A stretch of DNA of 63,961 nucleotides, counting the filler, from Dimargaris cristalligena (taxonomy: Eukaryota), in NCBI GenBank assembly GCA_003614675.1. It is 4 parts of 4 records of this genome, joined end to end, with 100 filler letters (N's around TTAATTAATTAA, not from the genome) between each part and the next. Parts side by side here need not be neighbours in the genome. Positions count along the whole stretch, not along the records: positions 48,152 to 63,961 come from ML002869.1; 3 more parts are not named here. One strand, given 5' to 3'. This document shows, piece after piece, positions 63,601 through 63,961 of this stretch (within the stretch, counting starts at the first letter, position 1; every line of letters starts with the position of its first letter). Under the pieces are notes generated by a model that searched no databases, had not been told where the DNA came from, and saw only the letters and a program-made list of their open reading frames with translations. The position numbers and the translations under genes are program-made.

Positions 63601-63961
63601 CCGCGCTCGGCAACGTGGCGAGCACTTCGGGGGCAATCAAAGGGGAAATGGATGGGCGACCTTCATTGACCACCCCGATTGGTCCGGGAATGGCGGGCGG
63701 GCCCATGGTCCCGCAGACCGTTGGCTATGCCTTGGTTCGATTGGACCCGGCCACGGGTCAACGGCAAGTCGGTTCGGGCACGCAGATGAACCCCCCGCAT
63801 TACATTCCCAATGTGGGTATTACCACCCAACTGTCGCCCGGCCAACCGCCGAATATGAGATCCCTGTATCCCACCCAAATGCTGTGGACTAATATGATGG
63901 ATGATCCTAATTTCGACGTGGGGGTTCGATCCGCCGATAACCAAGCCCATAACCGCATTTC
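60654..63961 (+). CDS. Zn(II)2Cys6 transcription factor with fungal-specific TF (middle homology) domain, 3' end beyond the window
   Basis: Exon 1 (60654-60953) carries ACDACRKKKVKCDGVSPICTNCQLLENVCTY and KRGPPKGYI. Exon 2 starts at 61263 and stays open to the window end, with RYCGQSSG, FFEHIYPIFPIV, GMAINLAYDLGLHRD, RRRIWWSCYTLD and ILIHRPF. Confidence 0.94.

Noticed and set aside
1..63961. CRISPR arrays, rRNA, prokaryotic operons or autonomous transposases
   Set aside because: None seen. The sequence is intron-containing fungal DNA with no regular repeat-spacer structure and no transposase or reverse-transcriptase motifs.

Overview
Eukaryotic, fungal genomic DNA (GT-AG introns, Zn2Cys6 factor, fungalysins). 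It consists of four contigs joined by 100-nt N44-TTAATTAATTAA-N44 spacers (15976-16075, 32022-32121, 48052-48151), so adjacency across these points is not established. The gene content suggests an early-diverging, possibly mycoparasitic fungus (Zoopagomycota/Dimargaris-like; this is inference only). Conserved genes: TYW3, ATG12, ERCC8/CSA, an ~17-exon SPO11 that the ORF track almost entirely misses, a Rap1GAP-like gene, CCT6, mitochondrial uS2 (MRP4), CIA30/NDUFAF1, IND1/NUBPL, CSN2 and a Zn2Cys6 transcription factor. Accessory content: an F-box/LRR protein, two tandem M36 fungalysins, a 7TM protein, a DUF4436-like membrane protein, a ~144-bp MITE-like repeat (3 copies, one inside an ATG12 intron) and a ~2-kb tandem duplication carrying small, fast-diverging genes. 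The main candidates for a new system are secreted proteins that carry motifs that only work in the cytoplasm. One has both calcineurin-docking motifs (PDIVIT and a C-terminal LAVP) plus SH3-, EVH1- and Arp2/3-type motifs. Another has a signal peptide fused to an F-box. A stand-alone I9-like protease inhibitor is also secreted. Together these look like a host-targeting effector repertoire. All exon models were derived by hand and no database searches were run.
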